DNA of 63,716 bases, filler included, from Octopus bimaculoides (Eukaryota), in assembly GCF_001194135.2 (NCBI RefSeq). It is 6 parts of 5 records of this genome, joined end to end, with 100 filler letters (N's around TTAATTAATTAA, not from the genome) between each part and the next. Parts side by side here need not be neighbours in the genome. Positions count along the whole stretch, not along the records: positions 42,596 to 54,767 come from NC_069002.1; positions 54,868 to 61,381 come from NW_026352694.1; positions 61,482 to 63,716 come from NC_068989.1; 3 more parts are not named here. One strand, written 5' to 3'. The notes under the pieces are model-generated. The model saw only the letters and a program-made list of their open reading frames with translations. It had not been told where the DNA came from and did no database searches. Positions 52,795 to 63,716 of this stretch are shown here, one piece after another. Each line of letters opens with the position of its first letter. Position 1 is the first letter of the stretch. Position numbers and translations under genes: made by a program.

Positions 52795-53027
52795 CGGAGA
52801 GCTGGCAGAAACATTAGCACACTAGGCAAAATGCTTAGCGGTATTTCGTCTGCTGAGTTCAAATTCTGCCGAGGTCGACTTTGCCTTTCATCCTTCTGGG
52901 GTCAATAAATTAAGTACCAGTTATGCACTGGAGATTGATGTAATCGACTTAATCCCTTTGTCTGCTCTTGTTTGTCCCCTCTCTGTTTAGCCCCTTGTGG
53001 GCATTAAAGAAATAAGAAATGTTAGCA
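52795..53027 (+). mobile_element. S1 SINE with CpG decay
   Basis: GAAACATTAGCACACTAGGCAAAATG versus consensus GAATCGTTAGCACGCCGGGCGAAATG. Confidence 0.88.
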
Positions 53028-53877
53028 NNNNNNNNNNNNNNNNNNNNNNNNNNNNNNNNNNNNNNNNNNNNNNNNNNNNNNNNNNNNNNNNNNNNNNNNN
53101 NNNNNNNNNNNNNNNNNNNNNNNNNNNNNNNNNNNNNNNNNNNNNNNNNNNNNNNNNNNNNNNNNNNNNNNNNNNNNNNNNNNNNNNNNNNNNNNNNNNN
53201 NNNNNNNNNNNNNNNNNNNNNNNNNNNNNNNNNNNNNNNNNNNNNNNNNNNNNNNNNNNNNNNNNNNNNNNNNNNNNNNNNNNNNNNNNNNNNNNNNNNN
53301 NNNNNNNNNNNNNNNNNNNNNNNNNNNNNNNNNNNNNNNNNNNNNNNNNNNNNNNNNNNNNNNNNNNNNNNNNNNNNNNNNNNNNNNNNNNNNNNNNNNN
53401 NNNNNNNNNNNNNNNNNNNNNNNNNNNNNNNNNNNNNNNNNNNNNNNNNNNNNNNNNNNNNNNNNNNNNNNNNNNNNNNNNNNNNNNNNNNNNNNNNNNN
53501 NNNNNNNNNNNNNNNNNNNNNNNNNNNNNNNNNNNNNNNNNNNNNNNNNNNNNNNNNNNNNNNNNNNNNNNNNNNNNNNNNNNNNNNNNNNNNNNNNNNN
53601 NNNNNNNNNNNNNNNNNNNNNNNNNNNNNNNNNNNNNNNNNNNNNNNNNNNNNNNNNNNNNNNNNNNNNNNNNNNNNNNNNNNNNNNNNNNNNNNNNNNN
53701 NNNNNNNNNNNNNNNNNNNNNNNNNNNNNNNNNNNNNNNNNNNNNNNNNNNNNNNNNNNNNNNNNNNNNNNNNNNNNNNNNNNNNNNNNNNNNNNNNNNN
53801 NNNNNNNNNNNNNNNNNNNNNNNNNNNNNNNNNNNNNNNNNNNNNNNNNNNNNNNNNNNNNNNNNNNNNNNNNNNNN

Positions 53878-54767
53878 GAGCAGTGCTGTTAGTGCTCCAC
53901 TGGCGCAGGTGCCAGTCATCGAATATGGTTCAATCATGATTTCGATTTCACTTGCCTCAACAAGTCTTCACAAGCAGAGTTTAGTGTCCAATCAAGGAGA
54001 GGTTGGCATGGGTGCCAGTCATCGGATTCGGTTCGATTTTGATTTCAGATTTCAAATTCCAAATTCCAAAATCACTTGCCTCAACAGGTCTTCGCAAGCA
54101 GGGTTTTTAGTGTCCAATGAAGTAAAGATGCGAATCAGTGAGCTGGCTACACTTCTGGCAGAGGTCACAGATTATGCTCTCACTTACCTTGCCAGGTCTT
54201 CTCACGTACTGCATATTTTCGAAGGTCCCAGTCACTGGTCATTGCCTCGGTGAGGCCCAATGTTCGAAGGTCGTGCCTCACCACCTCATCCAAAGTCTTC
54301 CTGGGTCTACCTATTCCACAGGTTCCCTCAACTGCTAGGATGTGGCACTTTTTCACACAGCTATCCTCATCCATTCTCACCACATGTCCATACCAGCGCA
54401 ATCGTCTCTATTGTACACCACGACTGATGCTTCTTAGGTCTAACTTTTCTCTCAAGGTACTTACACTCTGTTGAGTATGCACACTGACATTACACATCCA
54501 GCGGAGCATTCTGGCTTCGTTTCTTGCAAGCTTATGCATGTCCTCAGCAGTCACGGCCCATGTTTCACTGCCATATAGCATGGTTGTTTGTACACATGCG
54601 TCATACAGTCTGCCTTTTACTCTGAGTGAGAGGCTCCTTGTCACCAGCAGAGGTAAGAGCTCTCTAAACTTTGCCCAGGCTATTCTTATTCTAGCAGCTA
54701 CACTTTCACTGAACCCTCCCCAGCTACAAACTTGGTTACCTAGGTAGCGGAAGCTATCAACTACTAA
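53878..54767 (-). mobile_element. RTE-clade LINE, 3' end (RT C-terminus 54180-54767 plus 3' UTR), truncated by a scaffold gap
   Basis: One frame reads VVDSFRYLG...ARIRIAWAKFRELLPLL...KGRLYDACVQTTMLYGSETW...RNEARMLRWMC...Q*RRLRWYGHVVRMDE...GRPRKT, typical RTE motifs, with one nonsense codon at 54408-54410. The UTR has an internal ~60-bp duplication. Confidence 0.92.
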
Positions 54768-55105
54768 NNNNNNNNNNNNNNNNNNNNNNNNNNNNNNNNN
54801 NNNNNNNNNNNTTAATTAATTAANNNNNNNNNNNNNNNNNNNNNNNNNNNNNNNNNNNNNNNNNNNNATATATAATGCGTGTGTGTGTGTGTTTTGGTCT
54901 TTGTGAGCGTTCGGATTTCCTATACGAAATGCTTCGCCGGCATTTATTTCGGCATTTTCAACCTCGCCGCTTCTGAGTTCAAGCCCTGCCAACGTCGATT
55001 GTTGTCTTTCATCGCTCCGAGGTCGATAAAAATATAATACCAGTCGTGGGCTGAATCTTTGGTGCATTCGACAAAACACTTTTCGCTATTTGTTCCTTTT
55101 TCTTT

Positions 55106-55500
55106 TTAATGTTCTAGGGTACTCAGATCGGGGTGCAGTATCTGATCTGGGATGGGATGCCTTTTTAGTGTTCTGAAGGTATTCGGGTGGGTAAGGTATT
55201 TATTTCTCTCTTTTTAGTGTCCCGGGGTACTGAGGTAGATAACTGTTTGAACAGGGGTCTCTTAATATTCAGCGGGTACCCAGCCTGATGTAACATTTGT
55301 TCCTCCTTTAACGTTCTAAGGGTACCTACCCAGGCAGGTAGGGTACTTGTTCTGGCATTATTAAGGTCCTGGGGGTACCCTGATAGATGTGACATTTGAA
55401 CCGGCTCCTTTGATATTTTAGAAGCACCCGGGGGTGGACGTGGTGAGCCTGCCTGCATCTATTTACCCGACAAAATATCGGGTACCTTCTTAAAAAAATA
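55106..55500. repeat. Degenerate ~50-bp minisatellite (TTA.TGTTCT..GGGTACC motif)
   Basis: Motif starts at 55106, 55165, 55214, 55262, 55308, 55361 and about 55409. Confidence 0.7.
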
Positions 55501-55669
55501 CCCGGAAAAAATACTGGGAAAATCCACCTCGCTGTCCTTTCAGGTAGATTCCTCAAAGAATCTACCCCGATAAGGACGCAAGGGATGTTTTGGAATCTCC
55601 ATGGTGCAGAAAGAAACGGAGGTGAGAGGAATATATACAGCAGAAGCCGCTTATTACACTCACGGCCAG

Positions 55670-56012
55670 TCACCGATCGGTTATTGTTATCAGCATCAGT
55701 AGGTCCCAGAATGCTTATATTTGTTTATTATCAGATGGGGGTTAATATTCAGGAAAGGGCTTCATCACCGATCGGTTATTGTTATCAGTAGGTCCCAGAA
55801 TGCTTATATTTGTTTATTATCAGATAGGGGTTAATATTCAGGAAAGGGCTTTCGTCACCGTTCGGTTATTGTTATCAGAATCAGGAGGTCCCAGAATGCT
55901 TATATTTGTTTATTATCAGATGGAGGTTAATATTCAGGAAGAGGCTTCGTCACCGATCGGTTATTGTTATCAGAATCAGGAGGTCCCAGAATGCTTATAT
56001 TTGTTTATTAGA
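55670..56012. repeat. ~95-bp minisatellite, about 3.6 copies
   Basis: TCACCG(A/T)TCGGTTATTGTTATCAG units start at 55670, 55765, 55855 and 55950. Confidence 0.95.
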
Positions 56013-56189
56013 TGGTTGATGGGTGTGTGTGTGTATGTAGGGATATGTGTTGAATATATGTATATTCGTATGTGTAAATGTGTTTTATGTATATTGTGTA
56101 GATTTATGTATATACATATTTTGTCAGTAGGTATATAACCCGTTTTATCTCTGTACGTGTGTGTACTTTTATTACAGAAATAGTATATA

Positions 56190-56249
<60 letters not shown>

Positions 56250-56306
56250 TACACACATACACAAACGAATGGTTACTTAAATTCTTTTAAGTAGTGTGTA
56301 TATATA

Positions 56307-56382
56307 TATAGGGTTGGCCGAATGTTAATTGACCCTAATTTGGTAATAAAATAGCATTGCAGTTACTTTGGCCTATCCTGTA
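56307..56382. mobile_element. Possible 76-bp Tc1/mariner-type mini-MITE
   Basis: TATAGGGTTGGCCGAA versus reverse complement TACAGGATAGGCCAAA (12/16), TA ends. Confidence 0.4.
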
Positions 56383-56416
56383 TGTGTGTGTATATGTCAG
56401 CGTGTGTATATTACAG

Positions 56417-56451
<35 letters not shown>

Positions 56452-57689
56452 CATGCACACATACGTACATTTTTCACATTTGACGTTATACACACCTGGG
56501 ACAATTTGTATTATATATATATAAGCAATACATATATACATAAATTTGTCAATACATACAATCATACATACATACATACATACATACTATTGTAATGTAT
56601 TCATGCATATATATATACACACACACACACAAGTATGATATTTATTGATACGCAAGCTTTGTTATATGTCTATATAATAAAGGTGTTGACTACTGTATGT
56701 GTATGTATGATGTATATATATATACACACACACACACTTACGTACATATGTACATAACGGCAATCCTGTATTATTGTGGGTGGTACAAATAGATGTTAAC
56801 CCTCCTACTATCAGCTGATGGTTACCAAGTAGCCGGGTACCCGTGTATTAATTGCTTGGAGGGTACAAAGTGTCTATTTTTACGTGGGGCAACACAAACT
56901 GTTGTCTAAGCCCAGATCAGTCCCGATTGAGCAGACCTACGATCTGTGACTTTCCCGTTTACGGATATCTAGAACTACATTGTGTAATGTGTCCTTCCCT
57001 TTTTAAAGCGACAGGGAGTCATTTTAAGGAGACTTAGCTGCTGTTTAACCCCCGGTAAAGACGTCTCGTTTAGGGATATCTAGAGCTACAGTGTGTCCCT
57101 CTCTCAGGCGACGGGGTGTTACGATATGGCTGTTGTTATTCAACCACAGATCAGTCCTGGTCCGTGACTATCCCATCCCGTTTAGGGATATCTAAAACTC
57201 CGTCAATGTGTCCTTCCTTCTAGAAAGCAAAAAGGGTGTTAATTTAAGGAGATTTGGCAGGTGTTGGTTAGTCACCGGTCAGCCCCTACTGGGCAGAATT
57301 ATTACTAAAGGCGTTCTAGCCGTGACAATTCCATCGTCTTTCAAGGCAATGTCTACACAGGACTACACTATACAGTGTGTCCTTCCCTTTTAAGACGCTG
57401 GTGTGTATGTGATTTGACGTCAATCTCGGTAGAGCAAACCTAATGATTAAAAAAGCGACCCAACCATGACAATCTCGTCTTGAATTCAGTCTGTATATAT
57501 TTGAGACAACATTATCTACTGTCCTTCTTTTTTCTTCTTCATCTTCTTTCAAGGCAATAAACGTGTTTATTCGAAAGATATTTAGCTGCTATTTCTAAAT
57601 TTCTAGACAATTCTGCAGCCTCGTGAAGGCTTCTCTCTCGTTTGTTGGTCTTCTGGATACACGAATTGTTATAACCCTAGGCCAACTAC

Positions 57690-58650
57690 CACCATGACCA
57701 CCACAAACCACTACCATAACTACCACCGCTACAACAACAACACTATCACGAACACTACAACCCTGACCACAACCATCGATACAAAACCACAGCCGTAACC
57801 GCAACGCCGACTAATGTAACCACCTTCGCTACTACAACCGTCGCTGTGATCACCGCGACCACCACCACCACCACCACCAATACAACAATCGTTACTCTAC
57901 TGTTTATATAGTTAATACAACAACCATCTTCGCCACAGCGCTACCACTAAATATACTGTCACCAATACAACCACCACCACCACCACCACCATTTCCAATG
58001 CAACTACCACCACTACTACAATCAGTATTACCACTACCACTGCTACCTTAACTGTCACCAAAGCAACCACCATCATTACTATTGCATATACTTCATCTAT
58101 ACAGCCACCACCACCGCTGCCATTACTAGTACTACTACTGCATATACTGTCACCTATACCAACACCACCGCTACTGTATATACTGTCACCAATACAACCT
58201 CTACCATCACTACTACTACTACTACTACTACCACTACTACTGCCTATACTCTCACCCATACAACCTCTACCACTACTACTACTACCACTACCACTACTAC
58301 TGCCTATACTCTCACCAATACAACCACCACCATCACTACTACTACCACTACTACTGCCTATACTCTCACCAATACAACCACCACCTTCATCACTACTACT
58401 ACTACTACCACCATCATCACCACCACAACTGCATATACAACACCACCCACTACTATTTCTACCAATGCAACCACCACCACCACCACCACCACCACCACCG
58501 CCGCCACTACAACCACTACCACATATACTGTTATCAATACAACCGTCGCCACAGTCCCCCCCCCCAACCACTAATACAACCAGCGCCGTACTATATACAT
58601 CACCATCTCAACTGCTGCCAATACAACCACCAGGTGGTGGTGGTGGTGGT
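57690..58650. repeat. (ACC/ACT)-rich low-complexity region with a higher-order TATACT(G/C)TCACCAATACAACC unit
   Basis: At least 7 copies of the unit embedded in trinucleotide runs. Confidence 0.9.
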
Positions 58651-58814
58651 GATGGTGCTCGGAGGCAACTTTCTGTCCGTTGCCGGCAATTTTCAGCTGC
58701 TTTATTTATTTTTGTATTTATTTGAGTTGTTTTATTTAGTTTTTTTTTTTTTTTTTACGTCAGAGCAACATCTGCAGTGGTGTTTGCTTCATTAGTTACT
58801 GACTCATCTATACC

Positions 58815-58845
<31 letters not shown>

Positions 58846-58920
58846 CCATACACATGTGTGTGTGTGTGTGCGTGTGAAGGTATGTGTATATATGTTCGCA
58901 TGTGCATATGTATAGGTTTG

Positions 58921-58961
<41 letters not shown>

Positions 58962-59076
58962 CAGAGAGACAGGTGTGTGTGTGTGTGTGTGTGTATGAAA
59001 TGTCTACATTGGTTCGCGTGTGTATATATGTGTATGTGGGCTCATTGTATATGCTTGATGTTTTCATGTATGTGTA

Positions 59077-59153
<77 letters not shown>

Positions 59154-59576
59154 GTATATGAGAGCTCAGCTACTTAGCAAAGTCTTTCGTTTCATCTCAA
59201 GATTCTTGACAGCAAATAATTTTAGCTTTCACACACACACACACACACACATACAAACACCTACACACACACACACACACACACATGATGTGAGTAGTGA
59301 CAAGAGGTGGTGATAGGGTATGGAGGGGGAGAAAGTGTACTGGATAGTAACGAGGAATATAAAATATTTTTTATTAGAAAGCGAATTGGCAAAGGTTCTC
59401 CCGTTGTCCATCTTGGGACCGTTATGGTCTCGTTAGCGAATGTCTGTGTGCACTTATATGCTTGTAAGTGTGTGTGTGTATATACAATGTCATGTGTATA
59501 TATGTGTGAGTATTGTGTATGTGATATACTATATATATATATATGTATGGTGTATTATAGTCGGATGTGTGTGTGT

Positions 59577-59653
<77 letters not shown>

Positions 59654-60287
59654 TTTATGTATATATTAATATTATCTCAGTTTTAAAAAACCTTGACAAT
59701 GTAAATATGTTAATAGTTACCATGGGTAGCAAAAACCACACACGAAAAAAAAAAACCAGGATATCACACCCGTTTTATAGACAGAGATACCAAGTTACAA
59801 CACATAGCGTGTGTGCATTACGATATACTGCATATGCATCTATGTACAATAAATATTACCGCATAATAACCGGGTAAGGAGCCATGACCTGCTAGAAATA
59901 TCTACCAAATCTCCATCATAACATAGCATAGTTTTTTGAAAACAGAAAGGACACATTAGTTAATGCAGTCCAAGGTACATATTAAAATGCAAGGACTGGT
60001 CATAATCGGAGCGCTTAGGAGTTATTGTCCTGCTCAACCAGGACTGACCTGGGGCTGTATAGCAGTATTATTTGTATAGAGGAGGCATTCCCATCCACTG
60101 TGCTGCCATATGCTCTGTAGGTTTTGTGCCTCCAGGTGTCTTTATAGGTGAACCATAAAGTGTCACAGTATTCGGAACAGCCTGATGTCCTCTTAATGCA
60201 CCATACGGGTGCATGTGTACTTTGGTGTAGGAAAGTGCACTCTGCGTGTGTGTGTGTCTGTGCACCTCGTCTGTAATAATAATGCCC

Positions 60288-60860
60288 AGGTGTGGCTGTG
60301 TGGTAAGAAGCTTGTTTCCCAACCACATGGTTCCGAGTTCAGTCCCACTGTGTGGCACCTCTTCTACTATAACCGGGGGCCGGCCAGTGTTTTGTGAGTA
60401 GGTTTCGTAGACGGAAACTGTGAGGAAGCCCGTCGTATGTGTATGATAAGCGCAAGCTTGGCTGCGTGGTCATGAAGTTCACTTCGTAATCAGTCCCGCT
60501 ATGTAGCTCCTTGGGCAAATGTCTTCTATGATAGCCTCGGGCCGACCAAATCTTTGTGAATGGATTTCGTGGACGGAAACTGAAAGAAGCCCGTCGCGAG
60601 CATGTGTGTGTGTGTGCATGTCTTTTTGTCCCCCACCAGTGCGTGACGACCTGTGCTGGTTTGTTTACGTCCTCCGTAACCTAGCAGTTCTGCAAAAAAG
60701 AGGCCGATAGAATGAGTTTCAAGCTTTAACACAGAAAAGTACTGGGTGCGAACTGTTTAACATAAAACACCGTGTAAGGTGGTGCACCAGCATGGCAGTG
60801 CACCAGCATGGCAGTGCACCAGCATGGCCGCAACAGTCAGCCGACTGAAGCAAATAAAAA
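60288..60860 (+). mobile_element. Two S2 SINE pieces in tandem; CACCAGCATGGCAGTG slippage repeat
   Basis: S2 head motifs at 60290 and about 60460; tail to 60860. Confidence 0.8.
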
Positions 60861-61013
60861 GATAGATTAACCTTTAGTTTCAGTGGCCCCATGGGCCGCA
60901 GAAGTTTGAAAATAGTCGAGAGCATTTATCTAGAAATGGAATGCGCAGTGGTTGTGGCTTCGAGGATTTGCCAGAAACAGCTCACCCTGATCGTTATATG
61001 GTTTGAGTAAACG

Positions 61014-61238
61014 CAGGGGGTCCCCAAACATTTTAGACCATCGTCCCCAATATGGAATCTTCGACTCCAAATCGACCCCTTCATGGAATCCTTGACCACC
61101 ACCCCCTCATCGACTCCCAGGCATGTACAAGAAAAATGATAATTAGATGTGCAGTTTGACATTTATTAACCCCATGAATAGTCCCATTGATCCCGCCCAC
61201 CCCCCAGGGATCGATATCGACCACTTTGGAGACCCCTG
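61014..61238. mobile_element. hAT-type MITE (225 bp)
   Basis: TIRs CAGGGGGTCCCCAAA and TTTGGAGACCCCTG; TSD-like GAGTAAACG (61005-61013) versus GAGTAAAG (61239-61246). Confidence 0.75.
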
Positions 61239-61481
61239 GAGTAAAGCATATTGGATTTGTCACTTGTATTGAGTGAGATGCTTTGGGACGTTTCATCCGT
61301 CTTCGCTACGTTGCGAGTTCAAATTCCGCTGGGGTCGACTTCGCTTTTCATCCTTTCGAGGTCGATAAAATAAGTACCAGTNNNNNNNNNNNNNNNNNNN
61401 NNNNNNNNNNNNNNNNNNNNNNNNNTTAATTAATTAANNNNNNNNNNNNNNNNNNNNNNNNNNNNNNNNNNNNNNNNNNNN

Positions 61482-61538
<57 letters not shown>

Positions 61539-63487
61539 ATCTATATATGTAATATTTCCAATATGTCCGTTCAGATTTTAAGATATATATTAAATATAAA
61601 CGAAAAACGAAATCAATAGCTAGAAAAAATAATGTTTATCAAATCTATTTTGTTTAAAACTAGTTAAAGAAATCAAATGAAAAGAAAGAAGGAATAAATA
61701 AATAAATAAATACACAAAAGAATGAAAGAAAAGAAAAGGAGTTGAGCATAAATGGAATCAGGGGAAAGAAAATAAATAGTAAACGAAACGAAAGTGAACA
61801 TAAAATAAAATAGGGAAAGAAAACTAAAAAGGAAACGAAACGAAAATGTTTAAGTATGTGAAAGATAAATTTAAAATGTTGACAAAGTGCATATTAAGTA
61901 AATAATAAAAATAATATCAGACATTATAGACGGAAAATGAAGACAGAAAAGACAAACAAGTAGCTGTATGTGCACTAATGGAACACTGATGCATGAGTTC
62001 GAATTCCATTTGCGAACATACTTTTTTTGTCTTATACTGCCATTTTCTTTTATTATGTCTGATATCATTTACAGCAAAATCTTAACAGTTAACTAATAAT
62101 AAGTAAATAAATTATTTCTTACCCGTGCATACCCGGAATACATTGGGAAATTATATACAAGAGAATAACGCTAAAGTTTTTTTGTAGAATTATGATTGGT
62201 AAAAAAAAAAAAAGAAATTAAAAAAATGGTTTATTTAAAAGTAATTTCGTGTATTTCTTTAGCATAATTTTTTTGTGCGTTATTCTCATTACTGTTGTTG
62301 TTGATGATGATGTTCTGAAATATATTATTTCTTTTTTTGTCTTTATCAATGCGAAATATCCAAGAGAGAAAAATATCCCAATATATTTTGAAGTATAGTT
62401 TTTTTTCTTATGTACAAACAAGCGTTTTAAATCAGGCTTCTTTTTTCGTATTTGACGTTAGGGCTGAATTATTTTAATAATTATTGCATTAAACGAAATG
62501 TCTTTTTTTCTTTTCACTTTTCTTTAAAATGCAATAAATTATTTTAGCACTTCCTAAGACCTTTCCTTCTTGACGCGGTTCTCTTTTCTGATGAATTTCT
62601 CGTTAAAAAAAGAACAAACAAACTCACGAATAAACAAAGAAACAAAATAAAAAAAAGACAAACAATCCTAGTTTTTCGAAAGATAGTCGTCAGGTGGGCT
62701 GATTAATTCTCGCGTTGGTGGTATGTAGTGAAGAAAGTAGATTGGTAGTTTTAGTCAGTTCGCGATAGCAGGGCTGCTGTTGCTAGCTATAGACGGATGA
62801 TGAAAATATGTAGATAAATAAAAAAAAAAAGGAAAATAAAAAGAAGAGAGTAAAAGAACAGTAGCAAGACAAATGAAAACAAAATGAAATGCGATAGTTG
62901 CTATTTCTTCTTCACTTCATATTCGTCATCTTTTATTTACGTTTGCGAATAGATTAGAATGTTCTGGAATTGTTTTGTAACAGTTCCACACAAAACTCCA
63001 GTTGTAATAAGAACAATGAACATTAGATTTTAATTGTGAATAATGTGAAGGAATTTATTACTTTAAGCATCAGTTTAACGTAGCTCTTACTTCTAAATAA
63101 AATTTCTTCATTCGGTTTACTTTTTCTCTCCAGAATTGAAGCACCACATTTCAGATTTATGATATAAGAAAGATAAATAAATGCGATCACGGGACATGTA
63201 GAATATACTTATGCACTAATATATTTCTAGAGAACTTTAGCGGCACAAATAAAAGTTAAAATCGTTTGAAAAGAAAACTGAAAATAGTGTCACTCCACCG
63301 GAGTTCTAAAAATATATTTGTTCTTTTATAGATAGTCACAGAACTGAAAGATTGTTACGGCGGTGGTGTTAAGGAGAAATTCTAGCACGCGTGCTTTTGT
63401 TGAAGCCTTTAGTTGCGTTAATAAAAGGTATTTGTTACAATTAAAGATGAGAATCGGATCGTGGACCCATTTGGTTTTATTCTTTTA

Positions 63488-63657
63488 TTCGTTTCAGTCA
63501 TTTTGACTGCGGCCATGCTGGAGCACCGCCTTTAGTCGAACAAATCGCTCCCAGGACTTATTCTTTGTAAGCCTAGTACTTATTCTATTGGTCTTATTGC
63601 CGAACCGCTAAGTTACGGGGACCTAAACATACCAGCATCGATGTCACGCGATGTTGG

Positions 63658-63689
<32 letters not shown>

Positions 63690-63716
63690 GTACATACATA
63701 CATACATACATATATA
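63488..63716 (-). mobile_element. S2 SINE 3' half running into CA/TA repeat at the window end
   Basis: TTTCAGTCATTTTGACTGCGGCCATGCTGGAGCACCGCC...CTAAGTTACGGGGAC. Confidence 0.88.

Noticed and set aside
55106-55500. CRISPR-like look (conserved block plus ~30-bp variable segments)
   Set aside because: The spacers are homologous to each other, the repeats are highly degenerate, the context is eukaryotic and there are no cas genes; it is a minisatellite.

Overview
This is eukaryotic, AT-rich, repeat-dominated draft-assembly DNA. The SINE families and the microsatellite load point to a coleoid cephalopod, probably Octopus; this is an inference from remembered repeat sequences, with no search run. 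No complete protein-coding gene, rRNA, bona fide tRNA gene or CRISPR array is supportable, and nearly all long ORFs in the track are N-gap or microsatellite artefacts. The window holds dozens of tRNA-derived SINEs from at least 4 families with swappable tails, the 3' end of an RTE-clade LINE, CR1-like relics, small DNA-transposon remnants, and micro- and minisatellites. It also has five 100-bp scaffold-join gaps, each carrying a TTAATTAATTAA linker. The strongest signal is a tRNA-headed SINE-like element whose tail contains an intact minimal type I hammerhead ribozyme of the Penelope (dimer-dependent) kind. It occurs at two loci as a divergent head-to-head composite, each flanked by a single target-site duplication, which suggests a non-autonomous, ribozyme-bearing, Penelope-mobilised retroelement. 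Other signals: a second unrelated hammerhead at 21.4 kb, a ~550-bp foldback at 44.9-45.4 kb, and a CpG-depleted 12-kb block (probable methylated gene body) with candidate exons, including a duplicated 63-bp segment whose three differences are all synonymous. SINE boundaries are approximate unless a TSD is given.
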